Part shown: positions 36,601-44,517 of the stretch, in pieces | Numbering within the stretch: the first letter of the stretch is position 1 | Layout: each line of letters begins with the position of its first letter | Source: Kiritimatiellales bacterium | Lineage (GTDB): Bacteria > Patescibacteriota > Gracilibacteria > Peribacterales > Peribacteraceae | DNA length: 49,845 bases | Assembly (NCBI GenBank): GCA_021734665.1 | Contig: JAIPIN010000002.1 | Location: 1-49,845 of the forward strand | Direction of reading: 5' to 3' | The notes under the pieces: generated by a model | The model's input: the letters and a program-made list of their open reading frames with translations, nothing else | Database searches by the model: none | What the model was told of the DNA's origin: nothing | Translations under genes and position numbers: made by a program

Positions 36601-37079
36601 GGTCAAGTCTAGTAAAATTTAAAACTGAAGAAGAATTGGGTTATGGCTTTTATAACCACGTCATGCGCAATTGCGCCATAGTAAGTGGATCGTGCATGCT
36701 CACAAAACGAAATCTATTTGCAAAGGTTGGAGGATTCGACACAGAGAAATTTGGCATTGATTTTAATGATGTAGATTATTGTTTGAAGCTTATGCAAGAA
36801 GGATATCGCACTGTTTGGACACCACATGCTCGGATACTCCATCATCTATCCGCTAGCCGTGGTAGTAACAACGGGCTTGGCGCAAACGTAGTTACAAAAG
36901 AATCAAAAGCATTCGAAAGAAAATGGGGATGGCTATTCGGACACGATCCGTATTACAACTGTAATTTTTCATTAGATATTCAAGATGATGCGTTTACACC
37001 ACGAACACGCTCTTCTTTTCGATCACCATACACACAATCACATTCTCGCAACACTTCGTCGACAATAAACTCAATTTGA
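33681..37079 (+). CDS. multidomain protein: class I SAM methyltransferase (Methyltransf_24-like), long ER/K-rich helix plus coiled coil, and two GT2 domains
   Basis: 1132 aa. The methyltransferase part has VVEIGIDKGDNTKHLLEY...ILIDGDHNWYTVYHEL. The repeat is (EKQE[RQ]ELR)x12 and the linker motif is SKSWRWTHFLR. GT2-1 has IHIVIFVELLD...SFMDS. GT2-2 has VTIIIPTKDRAEMLKNCINS..ILIVDNGS..FLNNDTE. Confidence 0.85.
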   Translation: MEVFWQPIIRPIFDILLPKSVVEIGIDKGDNTKHLLEYCKKHNGFLHGIDPERNEITSALEAEYSHFFKFYEDLSLNTLPKLESYDAILIDGDHNWYTVYHELILIEKCAQKQGTFPMVFIHDVGWPYGKRDMYFNAEIIPEKYRQMHKKGGLQIDNGIPQDNNGFNAHFDHALYEHGIQNGVLSAMEDFLKQTEFNLTSTVILGFHGLGILCDKKILDSNSQLKKLLNGLDCPQELKSATIAVEQDRIKQIIYNNELLQTCSHTRRQLENEQREKQERELMEKQEQELREKQEQELREKQERELREKQEQELREKQERELREKQEQELREKQERELREKQEQELRAKQEQELREKQERELREKLERELKDKEAQQVLWTGERKQILKNLDQIKMENSANKERLIQRKRLMEENRTMYIRQITNLEINNKNKLEEERSKNQNHTTELEEIITQEVQKNAILSRDIQHILKSKSWRWTHFLRVLDKILKWPRTKKPLYWLCANLKDIWTDFDEPFPKLVRFIRHNILGCWLPSDTQNAVQPIQGDAIFYNDKYLSTLNTLKQKDLQQSNEAVNNMHWLPSIHIVIFVELLDEIRLRKTLNSIVEQTYYNWNITVLDASKSYTSVQSIVKDYSIHYPEKIKYIRQHANQNPHIEAIENNKSTYVSFMDSTNTLQHDALERLFTAAIEEANLPDLIYSDHDELHCSNASEYTPVFKPGWSPELLLSYNYIGAFFLIKHSMLLKCIDNTNIQEQETFAYDLLLRIAEHDPAAIHIPQVLWRQSKSFVITSQRIEAHRSTLQKALARRGLKHRIEYGEYAQKHNEIFFSIKSNFSAKEEPTVTIIIPTKDRAEMLKNCINSITKKTDYKRYKILIVDNGSEELATKNYLQSLTHTVLKLETKQFNFAYINNRAVQNTDTELLLFLNNDTEILNEGWLREMVGTMSLDKNIGAVGSKLLYPEGAFPYRVQSAGAILGRHWSSLVKFKTEEELGYGFYNHVMRNCAIVSGSCMLTKRNLFAKVGGFDTEKFGIDFNDVDYCLKLMQEGYRTVWTPHARILHHLSASRGSNNGLGANVVTKESKAFERKWGWLFGHDPYYNCNFSLDIQDDAFTPRTRSSFRSPYTQSHSRNTSSTINSI
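34503..34790 (+). repeat. in-frame tandem repeat of 12 x 24 nt (alternating A/B units giving a 48-nt period), encoding EKQERELR/EKQEQELR
   Basis: Counted unit by unit. Three consecutive 48-nt super-units are identical. Unit types differ at synonymous sites as well (aag/aaa, cag/caa, ctc/ctg). Confidence 0.95.
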
Positions 37080-38191
37080 GATGCTACATCACAAATATTA
37101 TAAAGACGAGGAATAACATCTTGCCCACTAGATACCAACCTCTTACCTTCTTCTGGATTCAATACAATATTAGCAACCGCCTTGGCAAAAAGCTCTGGTT
37201 TGGGCATGTCAACAAGATGAACAAATCCCTCATCCCCAAATTCTTTAGGACCACCAGCACTTTCACATACAACAACTGGCTTACCCATGAGAGTGAGCTC
37301 TAAACAAACAAGACTCAACGACTCTGTGCGTGATGTCACAGTACAAATATCAAATAACGAATAATACGGACGCGGATCATTGTGTCCTCCTACAAAATGC
37401 ACACGATCAGACAGGCCAAGATGCCTAGCTTCACTATGCATTAGATAATCGTACACAGCGTCACACGGAGAAGGCTCACCCACCCAAACAAAATGACAAT
37501 TGTGCTCAGGAAGCAAATCACACAAATAACTAGCCATCTGCAACCATAGATCAACTCCTTTAAGCGGAATGCGTTGACCGGATGCACCAATTACTAACGC
37601 ATCTGTAGGAATATTAAGCCGAGCAAGAAGATTCATATCTTTAATGATAGGCTTCCATTTATTTGTATCTATTCCAGAAGAGACTATAGAAACCTTATTA
37701 GAATCGATCCCAAGATCATCTGTAAGCATTTTCTTAACATATCGTGACGCCGCTATATACCGCACAGGATAATTGCAAAACAGAGATAGTAAATCTTTAT
37801 CAAGTTGCATAAATGAAGCTGGCACTTCGTGAATATGACATATCACAGGCACACCATACAAAGCTGCTAAGTAAATAAATTCGAATGAATGTGAATTTAG
37901 ATAGTAAAGATCTGGCTGATTTTTATGTGTGTATTTAAGAACAAGACCTTGGATATATGATTTTTTATTAATATTTTGGTACGCCAAACGTGTGGTATGC
38001 AATTCATTCTGCCCCACTACACTTACAGGGTAAAGATCTGCAAACTCGCTCATAAGAGGGCCTTCTCTAAGCAGTATCACATTTGATTTCCATGACGGAT
38101 TTTTAATATGCTCCAATATATGCAAAAGCGCCAAAGGAGCGCCTGTTCGGCATGCAGAATGGCTAACAAAAGATACTGCTTTCTGTGGCAT
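36980..38191 (-). CDS. GT4 family (GT-B) glycosyltransferase
   Basis: Homology starts near MPQKAVSFVSHSACRTGAPLALLHILEHI. GGHNDPRPYYSLFDICTVTSRTESLSLVCLELTLMGKPVVVCE is present. The start was trimmed from 38227 to the Met at 38191. Confidence 0.8.
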   Translation of the reverse strand: MPQKAVSFVSHSACRTGAPLALLHILEHIKNPSWKSNVILLREGPLMSEFADLYPVSVVGQNELHTTRLAYQNINKKSYIQGLVLKYTHKNQPDLYYLNSHSFEFIYLAALYGVPVICHIHEVPASFMQLDKDLLSLFCNYPVRYIAASRYVKKMLTDDLGIDSNKVSIVSSGIDTNKWKPIIKDMNLLARLNIPTDALVIGASGQRIPLKGVDLWLQMASYLCDLLPEHNCHFVWVGEPSPCDAVYDYLMHSEARHLGLSDRVHFVGGHNDPRPYYSLFDICTVTSRTESLSLVCLELTLMGKPVVVCESAGGPKEFGDEGFVHLVDMPKPELFAKAVANIVLNPEEGKRLVSSGQDVIPRLYNICDVASQIEFIVDEVLRECDCVYGDRKEERVRGVNASS

Positions 38192-38257
38192 AATATGATT
38201 ACATCCTACATACGCCATCGTGTACAATCAACAACCTTACATCGATCACATAACACA

Positions 38258-39391
38258 ATGAGAATCCTCTTCTGTAGCCATAATAGTCAATTACAAGGCG
38301 CTCCACTCAATATTCTGAGATGTGCACGCCTACTAAAAGAGCGTGGAATTCAATGTGTTATTAGTTCACCAGAAGATGGTCCTATCCGAGAAATGTCGGA
38401 TGAGCACTGTATAACATTTGATATACAGCCGAATCTCTTCCATCCAAAATACTCGAAAGAATGTTTGATGGATATTATCAAACGACATAAGCCAGATATT
38501 ATCTTTATAAACACAATACTTGGTGCCGCAATTGTAAAAAACACCAAAGCTTTATTTCCACATCTACCAATCATATGGAACATACGCGAATCCGAACGTG
38601 AGAATTTTATGAATGCGTATGACTACATAACACCAAAGTCTTTTGAATTAGCAGATGCAATTATTTTTGTATCAGAAAAAACAAAACAAGCTTACCAAGA
38701 TTTGGACAGCGGCAATATGCATGTAATCCATAATGGAATTGATGTAGAAAAAATTGCAAGATCTATTGATCCTAAACAAAAAAATACTCTTAAGGAGAAA
38801 ATGGGCATTCCTAGAAATGCTACAACCGTTGTACTTGTTGGATCGATCTGTCCTCGCAAAGGACAAAGTGAATTTATCTCTTCTGGAATACGCGTTGCGC
38901 ACCGCATTGGGAATAAGCACCCTGTGCGCTTTGTTATTGTAGGTAAATTACACACTAATTTTAGAAAATATTTAGAGCTCTCTCTAAAACGAGCGGAGGA
39001 AGAAGGATATCGTGACAATTTCATCTTATTGCCAGAACAACAGGATATGACAAACATCTATCAAATGTCCGATATTCTGGTATCCAATTCCTTTATTGAA
39101 TCATTCCCTATGGTGACATTAGAGGCAATGGCATGGGGAATACCGATTATTGCTAGTAATGTATATGGAGTTAGCGAACAAATACAAAACAATATAAATG
39201 GGCTTCTATTCTTGCCAGGCCATGTGAGCATGCTTGCAGAAAAACTTGAATATCTGATTTTACACCCAGATATTGCGCAATCTCTTGGAGAAGAAGCCCA
39301 GAGAAATGTCCGCGAAAAATTTACAGAAGATAATATGATCACTAAGTACATTTGGCATCTAAATAACCTTATAGAACAAAAAGTGAGCTAA
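38258..39391 (+). CDS. GT4 family (GT-B) glycosyltransferase
   Basis: Starts MRILFCSHNSQLQGAPLNIL, and the C-terminal half has SNSFIESFPMVTLEAMAWGIPIIASNVYGVSEQI. The tracked ORF start (38108) would overlap the divergent gene and was rejected. Confidence 0.85.
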   Translation: MRILFCSHNSQLQGAPLNILRCARLLKERGIQCVISSPEDGPIREMSDEHCITFDIQPNLFHPKYSKECLMDIIKRHKPDIIFINTILGAAIVKNTKALFPHLPIIWNIRESERENFMNAYDYITPKSFELADAIIFVSEKTKQAYQDLDSGNMHVIHNGIDVEKIARSIDPKQKNTLKEKMGIPRNATTVVLVGSICPRKGQSEFISSGIRVAHRIGNKHPVRFVIVGKLHTNFRKYLELSLKRAEEEGYRDNFILLPEQQDMTNIYQMSDILVSNSFIESFPMVTLEAMAWGIPIIASNVYGVSEQIQNNINGLLFLPGHVSMLAEKLEYLILHPDIAQSLGEEAQRNVREKFTEDNMITKYIWHLNNLIEQKVS

Positions 39392-39412
39392 TCTTTTTTG
39401 TTCACAGTCTGC

Positions 39413-40813
39413 CTATATAATAATTTCCTCTTCTCTCTCGGGCATAAAAATTTCCACCCCATTCTTTGATTTCTTAATACGATCTGCAAAAGGTTGCATG
39501 CTTTCCATTTCTCCATGCACTAAAATTATTTTCTTTATTCCCTCCGTATCAGAAACAAAATTATCTAGATCATTCATATCCGCGTGACCCGAATATGCGT
39601 TGATATATACCACTTCTGCACGCTTTTGGTACATCTCATCAAAAATTTTAACTTCTGTAATTTCTGGATCCACAATCCTACGACCGAGTGTATTGTTGGC
39701 CATATAACCAACTGCAAGAATTGTATTACGCTCATCTTCGATCTCGTTACGTAAATGATGACGAATCCGACCCGCTTCACACATTCCTGATCCAGCCATA
39801 ATAATAATAGGACCTGGTGTTCCATTTAATGCTTTGCTCTCTTCCACCGACGCCGTGTACTTAACCAGAGAAAACTGAAAAGGATTATGTGCTTTAGATA
39901 AGAATTGTTCATACATATCTTTGTCATAACATTCTGGGTGCTGCATAAAAACATCTGTTACCTTGGTAGCAAGTGGAGAATCTACAAAGATAGAAATTCC
40001 TGGGATCTCTTTTTTGTCCCACAAAACGTGCAGATCGTAGATAATCTCCTGAGTGCGCTCCAAAGAAAAGGCAGGGATTAGTACTTTTCCTCCTCTCTTT
40101 GCCGTGTTAACTACAACCTCTTTTAAATGATCTACAGCTGTAGAAATATCTTCATGTAAACGATTACCATATGTACTCTCGCAAATAAGAATATCTACTG
40201 GCGGCATAGGGGATGGATCTCTGATAATCGGGAGCATATTTCGACCCAAATCCCCAGTGAAACCAACGTACTTAGTCTCTCCATTCTCTGTTACTTCCAA
40301 AATAACCATTGCCGCTCCAATAATATGCCCCGCCTCAATAAATTTTGCCTTTACTCCTTCACATACATCAAACCAGTTTTCGTAATTCTCACCCTGAAAT
40401 ACTTCCATACAATCAATCGCATCCTGCTGCGTATATAAAGGGCCCTTACAATCCATTTTTGATTTTGCCAAATGCTTACAAAAGTACTCTTCGTCTTTCT
40501 CATGTATATACCCACTATCCATCAACATAACCTCTACTAAATCCTTTGTGGCATATGTGCAATGAACATTTTTGCGAAATCCATTCTTATATAGAAGTGG
40601 AATACGCCCCGAATGATCCATGTGTGCATGCGAAAGAACAACAGCATCAATATCTTTTGCAGGATCAAATGTAAATTCTGCATTCTTTACCGCGGCTTCG
40701 CTTCTTTTACCTTGAAAAAGGCCGCAATCTAACAAAATACGCTTAGACCCAACTTGAACTTCGTGGCATGTTCCTGTTACCTCTCGAGCCGCACCATGTG
40801 GAATAATTTTCAT
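39413..40813 (-). CDS. MBL-fold beta-CASP ribonuclease (CPSF/RNase J-related)
   Basis: 466 aa with HGAAREVTGTCH and the HxHxDH motif VLSHAHMDHSGRIP. Length and C-terminal SGHAD fit beta-CASP. Confidence 0.85.
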   Translation of the reverse strand: MKIIPHGAAREVTGTCHEVQVGSKRILLDCGLFQGKRSEAAVKNAEFTFDPAKDIDAVVLSHAHMDHSGRIPLLYKNGFRKNVHCTYATKDLVEVMLMDSGYIHEKDEEYFCKHLAKSKMDCKGPLYTQQDAIDCMEVFQGENYENWFDVCEGVKAKFIEAGHIIGAAMVILEVTENGETKYVGFTGDLGRNMLPIIRDPSPMPPVDILICESTYGNRLHEDISTAVDHLKEVVVNTAKRGGKVLIPAFSLERTQEIIYDLHVLWDKKEIPGISIFVDSPLATKVTDVFMQHPECYDKDMYEQFLSKAHNPFQFSLVKYTASVEESKALNGTPGPIIIMAGSGMCEAGRIRHHLRNEIEDERNTILAVGYMANNTLGRRIVDPEITEVKIFDEMYQKRAEVVYINAYSGHADMNDLDNFVSDTEGIKKIILVHGEMESMQPFADRIKKSKNGVEIFMPEREEEIII

Positions 40814-40908
40814 AAAAAGTTAATAGGAAATATATTATGCAATAGATCCCTCGTAGCCCCGAAGGGCGAAGTGGGATCGAGCCGCACCATGTGGAATAAT
40901 TTTCATAA
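40784..40908. repeat. 32-nt direct repeat (40784-40815 and 40877-40908) duplicating the 5' end of the beta-CASP gene, flanking a 61-nt insert with a GC-rich palindrome (40845-40878, GCGAAG family copy iv)
   Basis: tcgagccgcaccatgtggaataattttcataa occurs twice with an offset of 93 nt. The palindrome is GATCCC-TCGTAGCCCCGAAGGGCGAAGT-GGGATC. Confidence 0.9.
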
Positions 40909-40965
40909 GTGCAATCAGGATAGCACACAACAACTAAGTGCCACATAGCTCAAAACAAAGTATGG

Positions 40966-43593
40966 CTATCGAATTCCAACCAATTCAGAATATGATGATT
41001 CTTTACTTTCTATAATCGGAGATATAGCACCATTGGCAATTTTAGCCACATTCTTACCCGGAAAAGCTAGTAATCGAACTCCATTTAATTTCATTCTTTT
41101 CCAAAGCAATTTATCCTCATCATTAAGAGATACCTCCATAAATAATCGCCCAGATTCCACAATAGAACGATGTATAAGAGTAGCTTCTAATGGTATATCT
41201 AAAATATCTATTTCATTGCTTGATTTGTAAATTAACTTACTTTCACTATTTTCTATAGCATAATCACCATAAGCAATTGCGCATTGCTGATGCTTCATCT
41301 TAGGTAAAAGCCAACGAATTCGTTCTGGATCAAGCAGGCTAGATGCATTTAAGAAACAAAGTACGGGATACATATTAGCCAAATCACTATTAATATTAAG
41401 ACCCGCATTTTTTACAGTTGACTGCAAAGCATTCTTTGAACATTTTTTTGTACCACACCAATCTGCTGTACTTTCCGACAAATCAATTTGCATATTCGAT
41501 TCCAGATTATCACTCCATGTTACAATCCAGCTGAAACCATCTAATGCAGTATTAAGATTATCTATAAGCCCTATCGGTTGAACATCATTAGTTGCCCAAA
41601 GTACAACATGTATTCCTGGTAGCGGAATCCAATCCTCACCTCCGCCCCAAGAATGAACATACGGATACTTGCGACGCCATATAAGTATATTATGCTGATG
41701 TAATAAAGACTTAAAATGTGCCTTTTCATGACCAAATGATGCATGATTTTCATGAAGAACCTCAACATCATCAAGTCGTCCCCAAAATGCTCCTCTCTGT
41801 AAAGCACGATAAGACAAATCTGCTTCTTCTAATCCATATTTAGAAAATGCCTCATCTAACGGGCCTATACGATCAAGCCATTCACTATCCCAAATAACAC
41901 ATGTTGCAGGAACCGGAGAAGTTAAATATGTAAATTCATCCACGCGTGGTTTGCCCAATACAACGTTGTCTTTGTTTTTCTGAACAAGCCATGGCCCAAT
42001 ACATGACAAACGTTTTTCTTCTATAAAATATATCATTCTCCTAATCATTACAGGAGTCTGCAATATACAATCATCATTCAAAAACAATACATACTGTTCA
42101 TTTTTACGCTGTTCAAGTCCCCTATTAATAGAACGAGAAAAATTAAACGGACCAGGAAGATAAATAACCTGTGCATTGTGTTCTTTCGCAAGTAATTCGA
42201 TGTCTTCATTAGAACATTCATCTTCTGGACAAACAACAATAGTAATTGCAATACGAACGCCTTCGGCATTATCAAATACAGATTTTAAGCAACGTCGAAG
42301 CATTGGGCAATCTTGCCCATTAGTTGGTATAACTACTTGCACACTCCTATCTTTTTTTAAAGGAGAAGCAATATATGGATGATGCCATATATATTTAACT
42401 ATATCTGATGGTAGTTTCTTTTGTTCTTGCTTCACAGATTTTGCGATTTCATTTTTAGTTTTCTCTCTGTCACTTTTAGCCTTTTTACTGTCTCCAAAAA
42501 CATTAAGGAAAATACGCTTTTTTGTGCGCTTAATTAAAACATCTGCAAAACGAAGCCAAGATGTAAAACGCCAACTCTTTGAACGATGTATACGTTCAAG
42601 ATCTGCTTCTAGCCGTGCACAATGATCAAGTAACGATGGATCATTATATTCCGCATTTTTGGCAGACGATCTTTCGGATGCCAATTCCTGTGCAATTTTT
42701 TCCATCGTATCAAGAGCATTAAACAAAAGACTACTGCGCTCCTCTTCTCTTTTTGTATCAGCAGAATACTTGAGCGCAGGTGCCTGAAGCGGATCTAATA
42801 CAATAGAAAATTGATTCTGTTGCTCTGGAGTTGATCCGTAGGTTTGTGCAATATCGCATAATTCTTCCTGCGACAATGGATCCCCTGTTTTTAGTCGTTC
42901 AAAAAGCTCACGCCAATGCCACGCATCCTTATTTAATCCACGCACCAAGTTGCGCGGCCAGGACAATAGATTTTTTTTAGTTAACTGATTAATACTGCGC
43001 ACGGGAAAATGTGCAATTGCAAGATTATGTGCAATATCCAATGGATAGTGATAATGCTGCTTTAGCAACAGATTATGATTACCTTGAGATATAGCGATAT
43101 CTTCACGAGATGCAATTTTTGAAGACACAACTAATTTTGTAAGACAAGAATGAGGATCTGATAATCGGTGTTGTATGCGCCTAAGAATATTCACTTCACT
43201 AAGATCATCATTTGCAGTTGGTATGTAATTGTACCAAGGAAGTCGATATGAACTATCACCTTTTAATTGAGCAATTTCATCACTAACATCACCTTTCTTG
43301 CTGAACAGAAATTCATCCCCATCCAAAGGAACAATCCATTTAATATCTTGTCGCTTAGCAACCTCCTCCATGCATTCTGTGATCAATTCTGATTGTTTTT
43401 GGGCAATACCAGAAAAATTACATATATGGATTGGAAGGCCTTCCTTCTTCAATTTTTCTAATATGGCTTTTGTTTCATCATCACTATCATGATCAATGAT
43501 ATACATTTCATCCAAAATTCCCACATGATATCGCACAAAGGACTCTATTATGTCTTCCTCGTTACGAACCATGCTAATGGATACAATGCTCAT
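40966..43593 (-). CDS. three-module glycosyltransferase: N-terminal GT2-like (Glyco_tranf_2_4-type), helical linker, central GT2, C-terminal GT-A-like region
   Basis: 875 aa. The N-terminus is MSIVSISMVRNEEDIIESFVRYH..YIIDHDSDDET..PLDGDEF. The linker ends in RSKSWRFTSWLR. The central module has VQVVIPTNGQDCPMLRRCLKS..FLNDDC. Confidence 0.8.
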   Translation of the reverse strand: MSIVSISMVRNEEDIIESFVRYHVGILDEMYIIDHDSDDETKAILEKLKKEGLPIHICNFSGIAQKQSELITECMEEVAKRQDIKWIVPLDGDEFLFSKKGDVSDEIAQLKGDSSYRLPWYNYIPTANDDLSEVNILRRIQHRLSDPHSCLTKLVVSSKIASREDIAISQGNHNLLLKQHYHYPLDIAHNLAIAHFPVRSINQLTKKNLLSWPRNLVRGLNKDAWHWRELFERLKTGDPLSQEELCDIAQTYGSTPEQQNQFSIVLDPLQAPALKYSADTKREEERSSLLFNALDTMEKIAQELASERSSAKNAEYNDPSLLDHCARLEADLERIHRSKSWRFTSWLRFADVLIKRTKKRIFLNVFGDSKKAKSDREKTKNEIAKSVKQEQKKLPSDIVKYIWHHPYIASPLKKDRSVQVVIPTNGQDCPMLRRCLKSVFDNAEGVRIAITIVVCPEDECSNEDIELLAKEHNAQVIYLPGPFNFSRSINRGLEQRKNEQYVLFLNDDCILQTPVMIRRMIYFIEEKRLSCIGPWLVQKNKDNVVLGKPRVDEFTYLTSPVPATCVIWDSEWLDRIGPLDEAFSKYGLEEADLSYRALQRGAFWGRLDDVEVLHENHASFGHEKAHFKSLLHQHNILIWRRKYPYVHSWGGGEDWIPLPGIHVVLWATNDVQPIGLIDNLNTALDGFSWIVTWSDNLESNMQIDLSESTADWCGTKKCSKNALQSTVKNAGLNINSDLANMYPVLCFLNASSLLDPERIRWLLPKMKHQQCAIAYGDYAIENSESKLIYKSSNEIDILDIPLEATLIHRSIVESGRLFMEVSLNDEDKLLWKRMKLNGVRLLAFPGKNVAKIANGAISPIIESKESSYSELVGIR

Positions 43594-43674
43594 AAAAAAT
43601 TAAAGGATTGGGGGCAGAATCTTATCATTAATACCATGTACTTTTGTAATAAAATCGCATCGGTTTGAACGGTT

Positions 43675-44406
43675 TTATAATCCAACGGATTCAAGAATAT
43701 CCTTGAGCTCTTTTGGTGATAATTCACGAATCTGACCAGATTTTAGATTTGAATCTTTAAGGGTTGTAATACGAATACGCTTAAGCTCTTTTACAGGGCT
43801 ACCAACCTTCTGGCACATTCGTCTAATTTGCCGGTTTTTCCCTTCTGTTAGGGCTATATTAAATTTATCTTCGCTAATCCTACTGATAACAGTAGGCTTT
43901 GTCTTCTCACCAGAAATAGTCATTCCCTTCTCAAGTTTCCGCAAAGCCCCATCTTTAATCTCATTTTCTGTTATCACTTCGTATTCCTTTTCGTGATCAA
44001 ATTTAGGATGTGTAAGCCTATATGCAAGCACACCATCATTTGTAAGCAATAATAAACCTGATGATTCTTTGTCCAGACGTCCAACGGGATACACTTTTCC
44101 TTGGAGATTTTTGGGGAGAAGATCCCTAATCGTTTGCGATTCGTTTCGCGTTACGCGTAACGCGTTACGTTCAAAATTAGTAGTTACTACCCCCTTAGGT
44201 TTATTCATCACAAAATAAAACATCTCTTTACGATCTTCCAGAACCTTTCCATCAACTTCTACTTTATCAAATTCTGGATCTGCTTTTTGGCCAATTTCAG
44301 CTACTTTGCCATTCACTTTTACAAGGCCTTGTTCGATATACTCCTCAGCTTTACGACGAGAACAAATACCTTGGGCCGACAGAATCTTTTGTATGCGTTC
44401 CTGCAT
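43675..44406 (-). CDS. pseudouridine synthase, RsuA/RluB family, with an S4 domain
   Basis: 243 aa with ERIQKILSAQGICSRRKAEEYIEQGLVKVNG and the catalytic motif GRLDKESSGLLLLTNDG. Confidence 0.9.
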   Translation of the reverse strand: MQERIQKILSAQGICSRRKAEEYIEQGLVKVNGKVAEIGQKADPEFDKVEVDGKVLEDRKEMFYFVMNKPKGVVTTNFERNALRVTRNESQTIRDLLPKNLQGKVYPVGRLDKESSGLLLLTNDGVLAYRLTHPKFDHEKEYEVITENEIKDGALRKLEKGMTISGEKTKPTVISRISEDKFNIALTEGKNRQIRRMCQKVGSPVKELKRIRITTLKDSNLKSGQIRELSPKELKDILESVGL

Positions 44407-44517
44407 GAAACTAGTTTATATGATAAAAAGGAGTTAAAAGATGAAAAAGATGAAAAAGAGGTAAAGAAGATAAATGAAAAATGATATGAGAAGACTCCTT
44501 TGTCTCCTTTTAATCTT

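Noticed and set aside
38108-38257. N-terminal 50-codon extension of the plus-strand GT4 ORF, and the 12-codon extension of the divergent GT4 to 38227
   Set aside because: The extensions overlap each other and lack homology-like sequence. GT4-type sequence begins at MRILFCSH (38258) and at MPQKAVSF (38191).
40743-40948. 67-aa and 64-aa ORFs on opposite strands upstream of the RNase gene
   Set aside because: Both show an internal duplicated peptide (ENYSTWCGS / SSRTMWNNFHK) that only reflects the 32-nt direct repeat read out of frame.
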